31,617 nucleotides of DNA from a virus (IMGVR_UViG_3300037790_000017:1-31617); one strand, 5' to 3'. Positions 1 to 8,149 are shown, counted from the first letter of the stretch. The notes: generated by a model not told the origin, from the letters alone. A program made the numbers and translations.

Positions 1-137
1 CACAAAAACCCAAAAATACCAACCTCATAAACATTAACCGCATAATGCTTAGCCACCAGCGGAAGGAATAAAAATCGCTTCCAGCAGTGCGGCGCATCTT
101 TCCAGCCGTTCATAAATCCTATAACTTTTACTTTCAT
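1..137 (-). CDS. Hypothetical protein, partial (runs off the window edge)
   Basis: ATG at 137, immediately after the dnaB stop; open frame MKVKVIGFMNGWKDAPHCWKRFLF... to the window edge. Confidence 0.55.
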   Translation of the reverse strand, partial: MKVKVIGFMNGWKDAPHCWKRFLFLPLVAKHYAVNVYEVGIFGFL

Positions 138-138
138 T

Positions 139-1491
139 TCAGTTGAACCCTCTTGATCTTGTTGGCTTCATCGGTCTAGCCGGTGGAACGTAATTAGGCA
201 AGTCCTTAAACCGGCACATATGAAGCTGTGACGATAGGTGAATGGTTCCTGTTTCGCCGTTTCGGTTCTTTCGGATAATCAATTCAGCGACGTTCTTTTC
301 CGGCGACTCCTTGTCGTAAACCTCATCACGGTAGATGAATCCGATAATATCCGCATCCTGCTCGATTGCACCAGACTCCCTCAGATCAGACATAAGCGGC
401 CTTTTGTCGCCCCTTTCCTCACACTTGCGGTTTAGCTGGGACAGCGCAATGATCGGGCAGTCAAGCGCCTTGGCGGTCAGTTTGATGTTCCGGCTGATCT
501 TGGTCATTCTTTCGTTACCGTTGTCGCCCTTGTCGCTCAGTAGCTGAAGGTAATCAATGATAATGAGATCGGGATTCCTGTCGACTTGCCGCGCCAGCTT
601 CCTTGCCCTGCTCATTAGATTCTCACTTGTCAACACAGGGTAGTCGTCAATGTAATACTGGGTGCCTTTGATTTTGCTGGCTGAAGCGGTTACGCCCGAC
701 CAGATTGACTCGTCTGCTTTCTTCACACTGTTAAACAGGACTGATCCAAGGCTAGCCATACTGCGTAGGATCAATTGCATGGCGGGCATCTCAAGGCTAA
801 ACACAATCACAAACTTGCCATTAGTGGTGCAATTCTCCGCAATGTTTATAGCCAGGGTGCTTTTACCCATCGAGGGCCGCGCGGCCAGAATGAACAGATC
901 AGCCTTGGCTAAGCCGTTCGTCAGCTTGTCGAGATCAGCGAATCCAGTACTTAATCCGATCATCTGCCCCTGAAGGCTGTTGACGTGCTTTAGGTATTCA
1001 ATGGCTTCACCTAACGCAACCTCCGCGTGTTTTGGCTCCCCCGCATTATCCTTGCTTATGTCTAGGATAGTCGCCTGAGCTTCGTTAATCGCGTCCTGTA
1101 CGTTTTCGCAGTCGTACCCTGCCTGTGCTATGTCTTGGGCCTTTCTGATGAGTACGCGGGCTAACCAGCGATCCCTGATTATCTCTGCGTAGTGCTTTGC
1201 GTTTGCAGCGCCACGTCCGTTTGTGGCTAGGTCGATTAGGTAATCATGCCCGCCTACTTGGTCAAGCTCCCCCGCCTGCTCCAAAACGCCCGCAAGTGTA
1301 ACCACATCAATCGGCTGACCAGCTATCGCCATAGCCTGCATTCGGCGGTAGATCAATTGGTGATTGTGCCTGTAGAATCTTTCAGCCATTAAGATAGATT
1401 CCAGATCATCCACAAGGCTGTTTTTATCCATGACGGCAGAAAGTACAGCCTGCTCTGCTTCTACGCTGTGTGGTGGTAGTTTAATAGTCAA
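139..1491 (-). CDS. dnaB: Replicative DNA helicase, DnaB family
   Basis: N-terminal PPHSVEAEQAVL, Walker A AARPSMGKS, FSLEM, IIIDYLQL, LSQLNR, DLRESGAIEQDAD, KNRNG. Likely start is TTG at 1491 (TTGA overlap with the upstream stop, GGGGG upstream) rather than 1584. Confidence 0.95.
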   Translation of the reverse strand: MTIKLPPHSVEAEQAVLSAVMDKNSLVDDLESILMAERFYRHNHQLIYRRMQAMAIAGQPIDVVTLAGVLEQAGELDQVGGHDYLIDLATNGRGAANAKHYAEIIRDRWLARVLIRKAQDIAQAGYDCENVQDAINEAQATILDISKDNAGEPKHAEVALGEAIEYLKHVNSLQGQMIGLSTGFADLDKLTNGLAKADLFILAARPSMGKSTLAINIAENCTTNGKFVIVFSLEMPAMQLILRSMASLGSVLFNSVKKADESIWSGVTASASKIKGTQYYIDDYPVLTSENLMSRARKLARQVDRNPDLIIIDYLQLLSDKGDNGNERMTKISRNIKLTAKALDCPIIALSQLNRKCEERGDKRPLMSDLRESGAIEQDADIIGFIYRDEVYDKESPEKNVAELIIRKNRNGETGTIHLSSQLHMCRFKDLPNYVPPARPMKPTRSRGFN

Positions 1492-2222
1492 TTGCTGCCC
1501 CCAAAGTGTTCTATCTCGGCCTGCTTGCCCTTTACGGTCAAGTAATACTCGCCTTCCCTGTTTATCGCCCAAATGTTCAGCCATCCGTTTTTAACATACT
1601 GCTGAAAAGTAAGCCGCCAATTCTTTTGCTTTTTCCCCTTTTCCGATTGCTCGACACTGAACACGCGCCATGCCAATTCCAAGTATCTGTCCGGTATTCC
1701 GACCTCCTGCGCGTATTCAAAAATCTTGTCATCAGGTGGTATGGGTTGTTTCCCGTTCGCCTTGCACTGTTCTACATACTTTTTGAAAGTGATTAGCTTA
1801 GAAGGCTCTTTCTGTTCATTGGTATGTTCATTGGTATGTTCTTTGCCCCTGTCCGGTTCGGACACCGTTTTAGTGCTCGGTTCGGGCACCGTTTTAATAT
1901 CCGAATCGGAAACGGTTTCTACTTCGGATACGGTTTCCAGATCGGGCACCGTTAAAGTGTAATGGCTTGGTGCTGACCTTCCCCCGCTTCCTTCCTTGAC
2001 CAGCCAGCCAGCTTTCTCTAATTCCGTAGTGATTCGGCTTATTGTTCGCTCTGAATACCCGCACCGCTTAGATAGTGTTGCGCGCTTCGGGTAAACCAAG
2101 TTTGTACTCTTTCCGCGAAACGAATACAGGGCGATCAATACCTTAATCTGCATCTTGGTAAGCCGTGAATCAAGGGCTACTTCGATTGGGATTATGGATA
2201 TTATTGGCTGGCGCTCAGTCAT
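1488..2222 (-). CDS. Phage replication initiator (N-terminal winged HTH, repeat-rich linker)
   Basis: HTH-like YPKRATLSKRCGYSERTISRITTELEKAGWL; repetitive TVxE linker; directly upstream of and coupled to dnaB, as in lambdoid O/initiator modules. Confidence 0.8.
   Translation of the reverse strand: MTERQPIISIIPIEVALDSRLTKMQIKVLIALYSFRGKSTNLVYPKRATLSKRCGYSERTISRITTELEKAGWLVKEGSGGRSAPSHYTLTVPDLETVSEVETVSDSDIKTVPEPSTKTVSEPDRGKEHTNEHTNEQKEPSKLITFKKYVEQCKANGKQPIPPDDKIFEYAQEVGIPDRYLELAWRVFSVEQSEKGKKQKNWRLTFQQYVKNGWLNIWAINREGEYYLTVKGKQAEIEHFGGSN
1813..1841. repeat. 12-bp tandem repeat TGTTCATTGGTA x2.4
   Basis: Seen directly; encodes EHTNEHTNEQ; adjacent to the iteron-like array. Confidence 0.8.
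1857..1954. repeat. Five iteron-like 14-bp repeats (WTCGGRNACSGTTW), putative replication origin
   Basis: TTCGGACACCGTTT 1857, TTCGGGCACCGTTT 1881, ATCGGAAACGGTTT 1905, TTCGGATACGGTTT 1923, ATCGGGCACCGTTA 1941. Confidence 0.7.
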
Positions 2223-2413
2223 TCCGCTTCGGTCTCGTCAACTGCTAACATGTGCGCCGTGTGCTGCATTGCCTCAATCAAAGCGTCTAAGTTTTCGGGC
2301 GCGACCGCCACCACATCATATTCGCCCTCTTCCTCCGACTCTTGCTTTAGGCAAATATTACCATCCACGCTTACATAAATTTCAATCTGATCTTGTTGCT
2401 TTACTGCTATCAT
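2219..2413 (-). CDS. Small acidic hypothetical protein
   Basis: ATGA overlaps with both neighbours; GGAGG upstream. Confidence 0.7.
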   Translation of the reverse strand: MIAVKQQDQIEIYVSVDGNICLKQESEEEGEYDVVAVAPENLDALIEAMQHTAHMLAVDETEAE

Positions 2414-2595
2414 TTCTTCCCCTCCAGGTAATCAGACAGCGCCTTAAGTGTGTCATAGGCGACATTGTTTCCCTTGACCAATCGGCGAAGCGTTTCAGGG
2501 TGAACCCCGCAAGCCTCCGCGACCACTGATAACCGGCGATCTGCCAGCCTTTCTCGGATTTCTTCTATGGTTAGCATTTCATCTCCTGTTGTCAT
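2410..2595 (-). CDS. Cro-like XRE-family HTH transcriptional regulator (start may be 2577)
   Basis: LSVVAEACGVHPETLRRLVKG HTH pattern; about 55-61 aa; first gene of the leftward operon. Confidence 0.8.
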   Translation of the reverse strand: MTTGDEMLTIEEIRERLADRRLSVVAEACGVHPETLRRLVKGNNVAYDTLKALSDYLEGKK

Positions 2596-2609
2596 TGCCT
2601 CAAAACCTG

Positions 2610-2638
2610 TTGTACATTCTGAACGAGTATGTGATAAT
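2610..2638 (+). promoter_or_regulatory. Sigma70-like promoter for the rightward early operon
   Basis: TTGTAC-17 nt-GATAAT. Confidence 0.6.
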
Positions 2639-2644
2639 AGTCAA
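2616..2644 (-). promoter_or_regulatory. Sigma70-like promoter for the leftward cro/replication operon
   Basis: TTGACT-17 nt-CAGAAT on the minus strand, overlapping the rightward promoter. Confidence 0.6.
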
Positions 2645-2683
2645 CACTGAATTGCAAATACAACTACCAGCTAACTAGAGGGG

Positions 2684-3064
2684 ATGAGGATGAAAACAGC
2701 AATAGACGCACTAACAGCATGGGATAACGGCGAAATCGTTAACACTATTGAAATGGGCGGCTTAGGCCCAGGCTATGAGCAGGCGATACACGTTGCCGTT
2801 TTTGAGATTATCCGCGATTGTCACGACATGGAATTTCCAGAAGAGGGTGACACTGAGGGATGGCGCAAGGCAAGCAGCGACATTGACAAGCGAATGTATA
2901 AAAACAAAGTCATTGATGATCTTGGATTATCTGGCGCGCAAGCGGGCGCTGCAAAGCAAGTGGCTGTTAGGGCAATTTGTCTTGGCTGGGATGAGATGGC
3001 AAAAACAATACCGGATGACAGGAAAATCATGGTAAGCAAGCATTGGCCGAACACAGCAGACTAA
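2684..3064 (+). CDS. Hypothetical early protein
   Basis: GAGGGG RBS; first ORF of the + operon. Confidence 0.75.
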   Translation: MRMKTAIDALTAWDNGEIVNTIEMGGLGPGYEQAIHVAVFEIIRDCHDMEFPEEGDTEGWRKASSDIDKRMYKNKVIDDLGLSGAQAGAAKQVAVRAICLGWDEMAKTIPDDRKIMVSKHWPNTAD

Positions 3065-3086
3065 CAACTACCAACTTAACGAGGGG

Positions 3087-3422
3087 ATGAGGATGAGTGA
3101 TGTAATTAGAGATGCGCGGGCTGCGTTCGACAAATGGGCCGAGCAATTTGATCCGCAAGGCGACGAATGGCAGGACATGGGCTTTGATCACGCTTTTATC
3201 ATGGGATACCAGTCAGCCATAGCCGCCGTGCGTAAAAAGCAGTCACCAGTTCCGGACGGCTACATGCTTGTGCGCGACACAACGCCAAGCCTTACCACTA
3301 AAAAGCTCTCTGACAAGCTTCAATTCTGGCGGGCAATGCGACCTGATGAATGGACAATGGACGAGCTTATACAGGATGCCCAGCAGCTTGAAGCTCTGCT
3401 ACCCAACAACCCAACAGACTAA
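3087..3422 (+). CDS. Hypothetical protein with VPDGY motif
   Basis: GAGGGG RBS; SPVPDGYMLV segment typical of mosaic phage early proteins. Confidence 0.7.
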   Translation: MRMSDVIRDARAAFDKWAEQFDPQGDEWQDMGFDHAFIMGYQSAIAAVRKKQSPVPDGYMLVRDTTPSLTTKKLSDKLQFWRAMRPDEWTMDELIQDAQQLEALLPNNPTD

Positions 3423-3458
3423 ACCATAACCCACCCCAGCCAATAAGAGGGAATAGAG

Positions 3459-3683
3459 ATGATAAGCGCGAGCATAGAAATTGAATTCTTGGCGGGAGCA
3501 AACATAACCGAGGCGGTAGAAGATGCGGCTAAATTCGCGGATAGCCTTGGCATTGCCTATGTTAAGTTTGACTTTAACGGCGTGAGTTGCAGAATAAGCG
3601 CAAGAGCGGCAGTATTTACTAGTGACCAAGTTTTTGAGAGATACCAAAAAGCCTTACGTGGCGACAAGTTTTTGATAATTTAA
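3459..3683 (+). CDS. Hypothetical protein
   Basis: AAGAGGG RBS; fits operon packing. Confidence 0.7.
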   Translation: MISASIEIEFLAGANITEAVEDAAKFADSLGIAYVKFDFNGVSCRISARAAVFTSDQVFERYQKALRGDKFLII

Positions 3684-3702
3684 TGAATAAGAGGGGAATA
3701 GC

Positions 3703-4263
3703 ATGAGCAATACTGAAGAAATGTTAAAGAAATTATCTGCTCCTTTGGATATATCTCAGATCGATTTCAGGCTGCAACAGGTAAATAAGGGTGGTTATGC
3801 AACTATTCTAGCCTACAAGGATGCCCGCGTAGACATGCAGCGCCTTGACCAAGTGGTAGGGCCGCTAAACTGGAAGCGCGAACACACACGGGATAACCAC
3901 AACTGCGTGGTGTCCATCTGGTGCGAAGAAAAGCAACAGTGGATCAGTAAGGAGGACACAGGCACAGAATCAAATACAGAGGCTCAGAAGGGGCTTGCAA
4001 GCGATTCATTCAAGCGGGCCTGCTTCAATTGGGGAATTGGTCGGGAGCTGTACGACTTCCCTGCGATTCAGGTCAAGCTCAATGACGATGAGTGGGAAAT
4101 TAAGAACGACCGAGCCTATGCCACATGGAAGCTAAAAATCAGGGAATGGAAGTGGGCGATTATGCGCGCCGATAACGGCGAGCTAGTCTTGCTGGCGGCG
4201 CGCGATCCAGAGGGCAAGATTCGGTTTAAGTACGATATTCGGGCTGAAAAGAATGGCGATTGA
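3703..4263 (+). CDS. Rad52/Sak-like single-strand annealing protein
   Basis: LAYKDAR..MQRLDQVVGPLNW and KGLASDSFKRACFNWGIGRELY motifs of Rad52/22-family phage recombinases. Confidence 0.8.
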   Translation: MSNTEEMLKKLSAPLDISQIDFRLQQVNKGGYATILAYKDARVDMQRLDQVVGPLNWKREHTRDNHNCVVSIWCEEKQQWISKEDTGTESNTEAQKGLASDSFKRACFNWGIGRELYDFPAIQVKLNDDEWEIKNDRAYATWKLKIREWKWAIMRADNGELVLLAARDPEGKIRFKYDIRAEKNGD

Positions 4264-4594
4264 GGCTCAAGCATCAGACTTTGACGAAGATGCGCCGGAC
4301 ACCGGCAATCCGCTAGTGGCCCACAATGCCGTGGCTAGGGATAACCTATCCTTGATAGTGGCCATAAAAGAGGCTCTTTTGGCTGAAGATTACGTTGATG
4401 CCGTCGAGCTTTGGTATTCGACGCCAGACCATGTGAAGCACGCTTTATGGGTTGCCCCTAGTCGCGGCGGCCTTTTTACCACAAAAGAAAGGGAGATACT
4501 AAAGTCTGACGAGCTAGCGAGGATACGAGATGGAAAAGAAGCTGGAGAATTTAACCCAAGAGAGGGTCAAGAAGCTAATAAAATACGATCCTGA
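4253..4594 (+). CDS. Hypothetical protein in the recombination module
   Basis: Overlaps the Sak-like gene stop; LWVAPSRGGLFTTKER segment. Confidence 0.65.
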   Translation: MAIEAQASDFDEDAPDTGNPLVAHNAVARDNLSLIVAIKEALLAEDYVDAVELWYSTPDHVKHALWVAPSRGGLFTTKEREILKSDELARIRDGKEAGEFNPREGQEANKIRS

Positions 4595-5054
4595 AACCGG
4601 GTCATTTATTAGGATTAGATCATCCATAACACCGCTAATTGGAAAGCCTTGCGGATGGAATTACAACGGGTACAGGTACATAAAGATTGACGGTCGCGAT
4701 TACAAGGCCCATAGGCTTGCATTTTTAATAATGAATGGGGAGTTCCCCAATGGCTTTATTGACCACATTAACGGACATAGAAGCGATAACAGGTGGGAGA
4801 ATCTACGGGAGGTGTCGGCGCAAGAAAACGCCATGAACCAGAGAGTTTATAGGAACAACACGTCCGGCGTGATGGGGGTCAAATACAAAAAGGCAACAGG
4901 GAGGTGGGAAGTATATATAGGGAGCAAGCCAAGGAAATACTTGGGCAGCTCTAAAGACTGGTTTGAGGCGGTTTGCATTAGGAAGTCTGGAGAGATTAAG
5001 AATGGGTATTGCACGAATCATGGTAATTTTAAACTCAAGGAGAAAAACCAATGA
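4530..5054 (+). CDS. HNH homing endonuclease (HNH_3 with AP2-like C-terminus)
   Basis: YDPETG N-terminus; AHRLAF...IDHINGHRSDNRWENLR; NTSGVMGV. Confidence 0.9.
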   Translation: MEKKLENLTQERVKKLIKYDPETGSFIRIRSSITPLIGKPCGWNYNGYRYIKIDGRDYKAHRLAFLIMNGEFPNGFIDHINGHRSDNRWENLREVSAQENAMNQRVYRNNTSGVMGVKYKKATGRWEVYIGSKPRKYLGSSKDWFEAVCIRKSGEIKNGYCTNHGNFKLKEKNQ

Positions 5055-5356
5055 GCAAGATTGGCGTAAAACTGAAGATCGACGTATCGAAGATTGACAA
5101 GGCGCTGCTGTTCCGTGGCGAGAAAGGCACATACCTGGATGCGACTGTATTCGTGGATATGGGGCAGGGGGATCAGTACGGCAACAACGGGATGATTACC
5201 CAAGATGTAAAGAAAGAGGACAGGGAGTCTGGGAAGAATGGCCCGATCCTTGGTAACTGCAAAGTGTTCTGGCGAGAGGGAGCGCAGGGCAATCAGCCGC
5301 CGCAGACGCAAGGTCAGGCACCTGCTGACAATTGGGGCGATGATATAGATTTTTAA
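5051..5356 (+). CDS. Putative single-stranded DNA-binding protein
   Basis: Beta-rich core, Gln/Pro linker, acidic tail WGDDIDF; near the annealing protein gene. Confidence 0.65.
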   Translation: MSKIGVKLKIDVSKIDKALLFRGEKGTYLDATVFVDMGQGDQYGNNGMITQDVKKEDRESGKNGPILGNCKVFWREGAQGNQPPQTQGQAPADNWGDDIDF

Positions 5357-5394
5357 CCACCCGGCCAAGGATGGCTATCAACTGAGGGCATGAC

Positions 5395-5763
5395 ATGAGC
5401 ACGAAAGAACTAGCACCAACTGACAACGGCGTGAAAGAGGCAGATTTCTGGTGCAAGAAATACAATGACGGCGAGATTGACCTTAATGAGCTGGTTTGCA
5501 ATCTATGGAATACGGCCTTGGCGATAGGCAGAAAAGAGTCGGTCGATCTTATCAACAAGATGAACGCGGAAGCCCCAAGCCTAGACAGCGACAAGCCCAG
5601 TATTGACGATTTAGTGCCAATTGCCGACATTGACTATAATGGTTATGAGCCTGATTGGCGCATGAACTGGAGGGAAGGCTGCGATATTGCAATGCTTGGG
5701 AAAGGCACAACGCTCTATGCCTGCCCAAAGGGATATACTGACCCCGATAAAACATATGCATAA
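5395..5763 (+). CDS. Hypothetical protein
   Basis: GAGGG RBS; fits operon packing. Confidence 0.65.
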   Translation: MSTKELAPTDNGVKEADFWCKKYNDGEIDLNELVCNLWNTALAIGRKESVDLINKMNAEAPSLDSDKPSIDDLVPIADIDYNGYEPDWRMNWREGCDIAMLGKGTTLYACPKGYTDPDKTYA

Positions 5764-6124
5764 AATGGACAAGTGCATGTGGTGCGACAAGAAAGCAGTG
5801 AGCTACTGCGATCACCTGATTGGCTGTGAGGCTGTTGGATGTGTGCGTGATTCGCGAGGCAAAGTAACTGTTATGATGACAAGCCTTGAGGAAGGCGTTA
5901 AAGCTTGGACTTGTGACGCGCCCATGTGTGAAGATCATGCAAAAGCTATCGGGATGCTGTGCGGGGAAAATCCAGACACTATTGATTACTGCCCGTACCA
6001 TGCAGATTGCAATGAGCAAAACCACGACACCCTTGTGATATTCCCGCGCGAAGAACCGGCTATACGGCGCGAGCTTTATGCAGCCATTCGGCGGTCGATA
6101 ATAAAACAAAACAACTATCAATAA
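5756..6124 (+). CDS. Cys/His-rich putative zinc-binding protein (start 5756 or 5765)
   Basis: CMWC...YCDH...TCDAPMCEDH...YCPYH. Confidence 0.65.
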   Translation: MHKMDKCMWCDKKAVSYCDHLIGCEAVGCVRDSRGKVTVMMTSLEEGVKAWTCDAPMCEDHAKAIGMLCGENPDTIDYCPYHADCNEQNHDTLVIFPREEPAIRRELYAAIRRSIIKQNNYQ

Positions 6125-6149
6125 CGCGATATCCATTTAATAAATCTAT

Positions 6150-6178
6150 TTAACAATGACAACAGCCTGTTGCACTAT
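6150..6178 (+). promoter_or_regulatory. Sigma70-like promoter with a palindromic operator-like site in the spacer
   Basis: TTAACA-17 nt-CACTAT after an AT-rich tract; CAACAG-C-CTGTTG inverted repeat at 6160-6172. Confidence 0.5.
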
Positions 6179-6203
6179 AGAGCCTCAAGCAACGGAGGGA
6201 ATT

Positions 6204-6497
6204 ATGGACGCACTAACAATCTGCCAACAGAAATACGACAACATGCAGCCGCCTGAATTTACTATCAGCGCGGGCGACAGCGGCACACTGAAGGGCGATG
6301 ACATAGGCTACTGGCCTGAAAGCCTGAAGGTCAAGTATCTGATCGTGGATACCTCAGATGAAACTGAATCCTCATGGGATGTCGAGATTGAATCGGCCAT
6401 GATCGGAGAGTTTGACATGCTCGAAGCCCTGCACGATGGGGCTAAGGATCAGATGAAAAACGATGTTTATGTTTATCTTGTTGATTGTTTAGGGTAG
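6204..6497 (+). CDS. Acidic hypothetical protein
   Basis: GGAGGG RBS before ATG 6204 (preferred over 6156). Confidence 0.7.
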   Translation: MDALTICQQKYDNMQPPEFTISAGDSGTLKGDDIGYWPESLKVKYLIVDTSDETESSWDVEIESAMIGEFDMLEALHDGAKDQMKNDVYVYLVDCLG

Positions 6498-6507
6498 GGG
6501 GTGGATT

Positions 6508-6792
6508 GTGAGCGATGCAGACGTTGGTTTAAGTAACCCGCACACAAAGCAATTTGCTGATCGACTTCAATACGCATGGGGTAGGGTTAAAGCGCTTGAG
6601 AACGAACTGGCAGAGCTTAAGTGCCGCCCACAAGCAGTACCGGCGGGCTATGAGTTGGTGCCGAATGTCTTAATCGAGATATTGAGACACGCATCAAAAA
6701 GCCACATAGAAACCGGCACAGTTTCATTTGGAGACATGAATGGCATTGCTCTGATTTTAGACGAGCTATCAGCAGCCAAGGAGCAACCATGA
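6508..6792 (+). CDS. Hypothetical protein (AVPAGYELVP motif)
   Basis: GTG start with G-rich RBS; ATGA-coupled to the next gene. Confidence 0.65.
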   Translation: MSDADVGLSNPHTKQFADRLQYAWGRVKALENELAELKCRPQAVPAGYELVPNVLIEILRHASKSHIETGTVSFGDMNGIALILDELSAAKEQP

Positions 6793-6989
6793 AAGACGCA
6801 TACTACAGAGTAATCCTGCCTAACGGCACAATGTCTGGCCTTACTTCCAAAGTATCAGCAGAGGCTATTGCAGCCACCCATAACGGCACTGTAGCGGTCT
6901 CTGACAGCGCGTTCTTTGACATGAAGGGAAGAGAGTACAGGGGCGAATATCCAACGGTTGAGCAGGTCTTAGAGAGGGCTACAGCATGA
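6789..6989 (+). CDS. Hypothetical protein
   Basis: AAGGAG RBS; ATGA overlaps. Confidence 0.65.
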   Translation: MKDAYYRVILPNGTMSGLTSKVSAEAIAATHNGTVAVSDSAFFDMKGREYRGEYPTVEQVLERATA

Positions 6990-7195
6990 TTGATATGGAA
7001 CAGGTAAAGCGCGACATTGACGTATTCTTGCAAACAAAGCAAATCGAGCAAGTGCCACGCGGCGCGATGAAACGACCAGAACTGGCCCACGAGCTACCTT
7101 GGACGCATGAGGACAGACGGCACAGCTTCACGATCAGCAAAAAACGTGATTTATACCGACCACCAGTAAACGATGATGGGGAGCCCGATGTATGA
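6986..7195 (+). CDS. Hypothetical protein
   Basis: ATGA overlaps at both ends. Confidence 0.65.
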   Translation: MIDMEQVKRDIDVFLQTKQIEQVPRGAMKRPELAHELPWTHEDRRHSFTISKKRDLYRPPVNDDGEPDV

Positions 7196-7557
7196 GTGAG
7201 ACTAAATTTACACCGGGCCCGTGGAGGCTGGAAATTAAGGATCATGGGGATTGGCTTAAATCGGCGCAGGTTTATAACGCGCATGGTTTTATGGCGTCAA
7301 GCGCAATCATTAAGGTGGAAGAAAGCAGGCAAGATGGCGAGAGCTGGCTAGAAATGCAAGAAAGAATACGCCCAGCCCAAGCGCGCGCTCAGGAAGAATC
7401 AATAGCTAATATGCGTTTATTTGCCGCAGCGCCTGACCTATACGCGGCACTCGACACAATGGCGAAGGCCTACCGCCACGAACACGGCCTGGAAGGGGCT
7501 TATGATCCCTGTATAACACAAGCTGAGGCGGCACTTAAGAAAGCGAGGGGAGAATGA
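7192..7557 (+). CDS. Conserved phage hypothetical protein
   Basis: TPGPW...ANMRLFAAAPDL pattern common in phage early regions. Confidence 0.75.
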   Translation: MSETKFTPGPWRLEIKDHGDWLKSAQVYNAHGFMASSAIIKVEESRQDGESWLEMQERIRPAQARAQEESIANMRLFAAAPDLYAALDTMAKAYRHEHGLEGAYDPCITQAEAALKKARGE

Positions 7558-7907
7558 TGCGTGAGATTAAGTTTAGAGCTTGGGATAAAGCTTGCGGCGG
7601 AATGGTAGTCGCCCCTTGGAAATTGTATTTAAACGGAGGAGTTTCTATAGACGGGACTTGGGCCACTGCTGACGTGGTGTTGATGCAATACACCGGCCTG
7701 ACAGATCGGAATGGAAAGGAGATTTATGAGGGGGATATTGTTAAAAACGAAAGCGGGCTGCCAATATCTGAAGTTCGGTATTCGGTTGATCTTGCGAGAT
7801 TCATGCTGTTCAGGGGATTTAATGGGTGGTCATTAAGCGGCGTTGAGTCGGTACAGGTAATCGGCAACATCTACGAAAATCCCGATCTATTGGAGACCAG
7901 CGAATGA
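7554..7907 (+). CDS. YopX-family protein
   Basis: MREIKFRAWD...LMQYTGLTDRNGKEIYEGDIV...VIGNIYENPDLL. Confidence 0.9.
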   Translation: MMREIKFRAWDKACGGMVVAPWKLYLNGGVSIDGTWATADVVLMQYTGLTDRNGKEIYEGDIVKNESGLPISEVRYSVDLARFMLFRGFNGWSLSGVESVQVIGNIYENPDLLETSE

Positions 7908-8086
7908 CACAAACCGATCTGATTAAATCCGCGCTCGATAAGCTGGAAGTAGCCCCGCAGTTTTCAGTATCAACGGACAATCCCCGATCCACATCAAACA
8001 TGATGCACCGATATGCACGCGAGCAAGGTATCAAGATTCGCACGTTTGCCGCTGGTGATAAAGTGGTTGCAGTGCGGGTGGATTAG
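7904..8086 (+). CDS. Small hypothetical protein, possibly DNA-binding
   Basis: GGAG RBS; ATGA overlap with YopX. Confidence 0.6.
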   Translation: MTQTDLIKSALDKLEVAPQFSVSTDNPRSTSNMMHRYAREQGIKIRTFAAGDKVVAVRVD

Positions 8087-8121
8087 TTATCGTTCTGGCG
8101 ATATTGATAGATTAAAACTAA

Positions 8122-8149
8122 TTGCAATGATGTTTGCTTTTGCTAAATT
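8122..8149 (+). promoter_or_regulatory. Putative promoter (extended -10)
   Basis: TTGCAA-16 nt-TAAATT with TG one base upstream, in an AT-rich intergenic gap. Confidence 0.4.

Noticed and set aside
1857-1954. Repeats considered as a mini-CRISPR array
   Set aside because: Repeats are 14 bp and degenerate, spacers only 4-10 bp, in frame inside a CDS, and no cas genes are present
5363-5378. Small hairpin GCCA-AGGA-TGGC after the SSB-like gene (boxB-like?)
   Set aside because: Only a 4-bp stem, single copy noticed, no antiterminator gene identified
5196-6136. Minus-strand ORFs of 144 and 194 aa
   Set aside because: Antisense to a tightly packed + strand operon with good RBSs; no recognisable motifs
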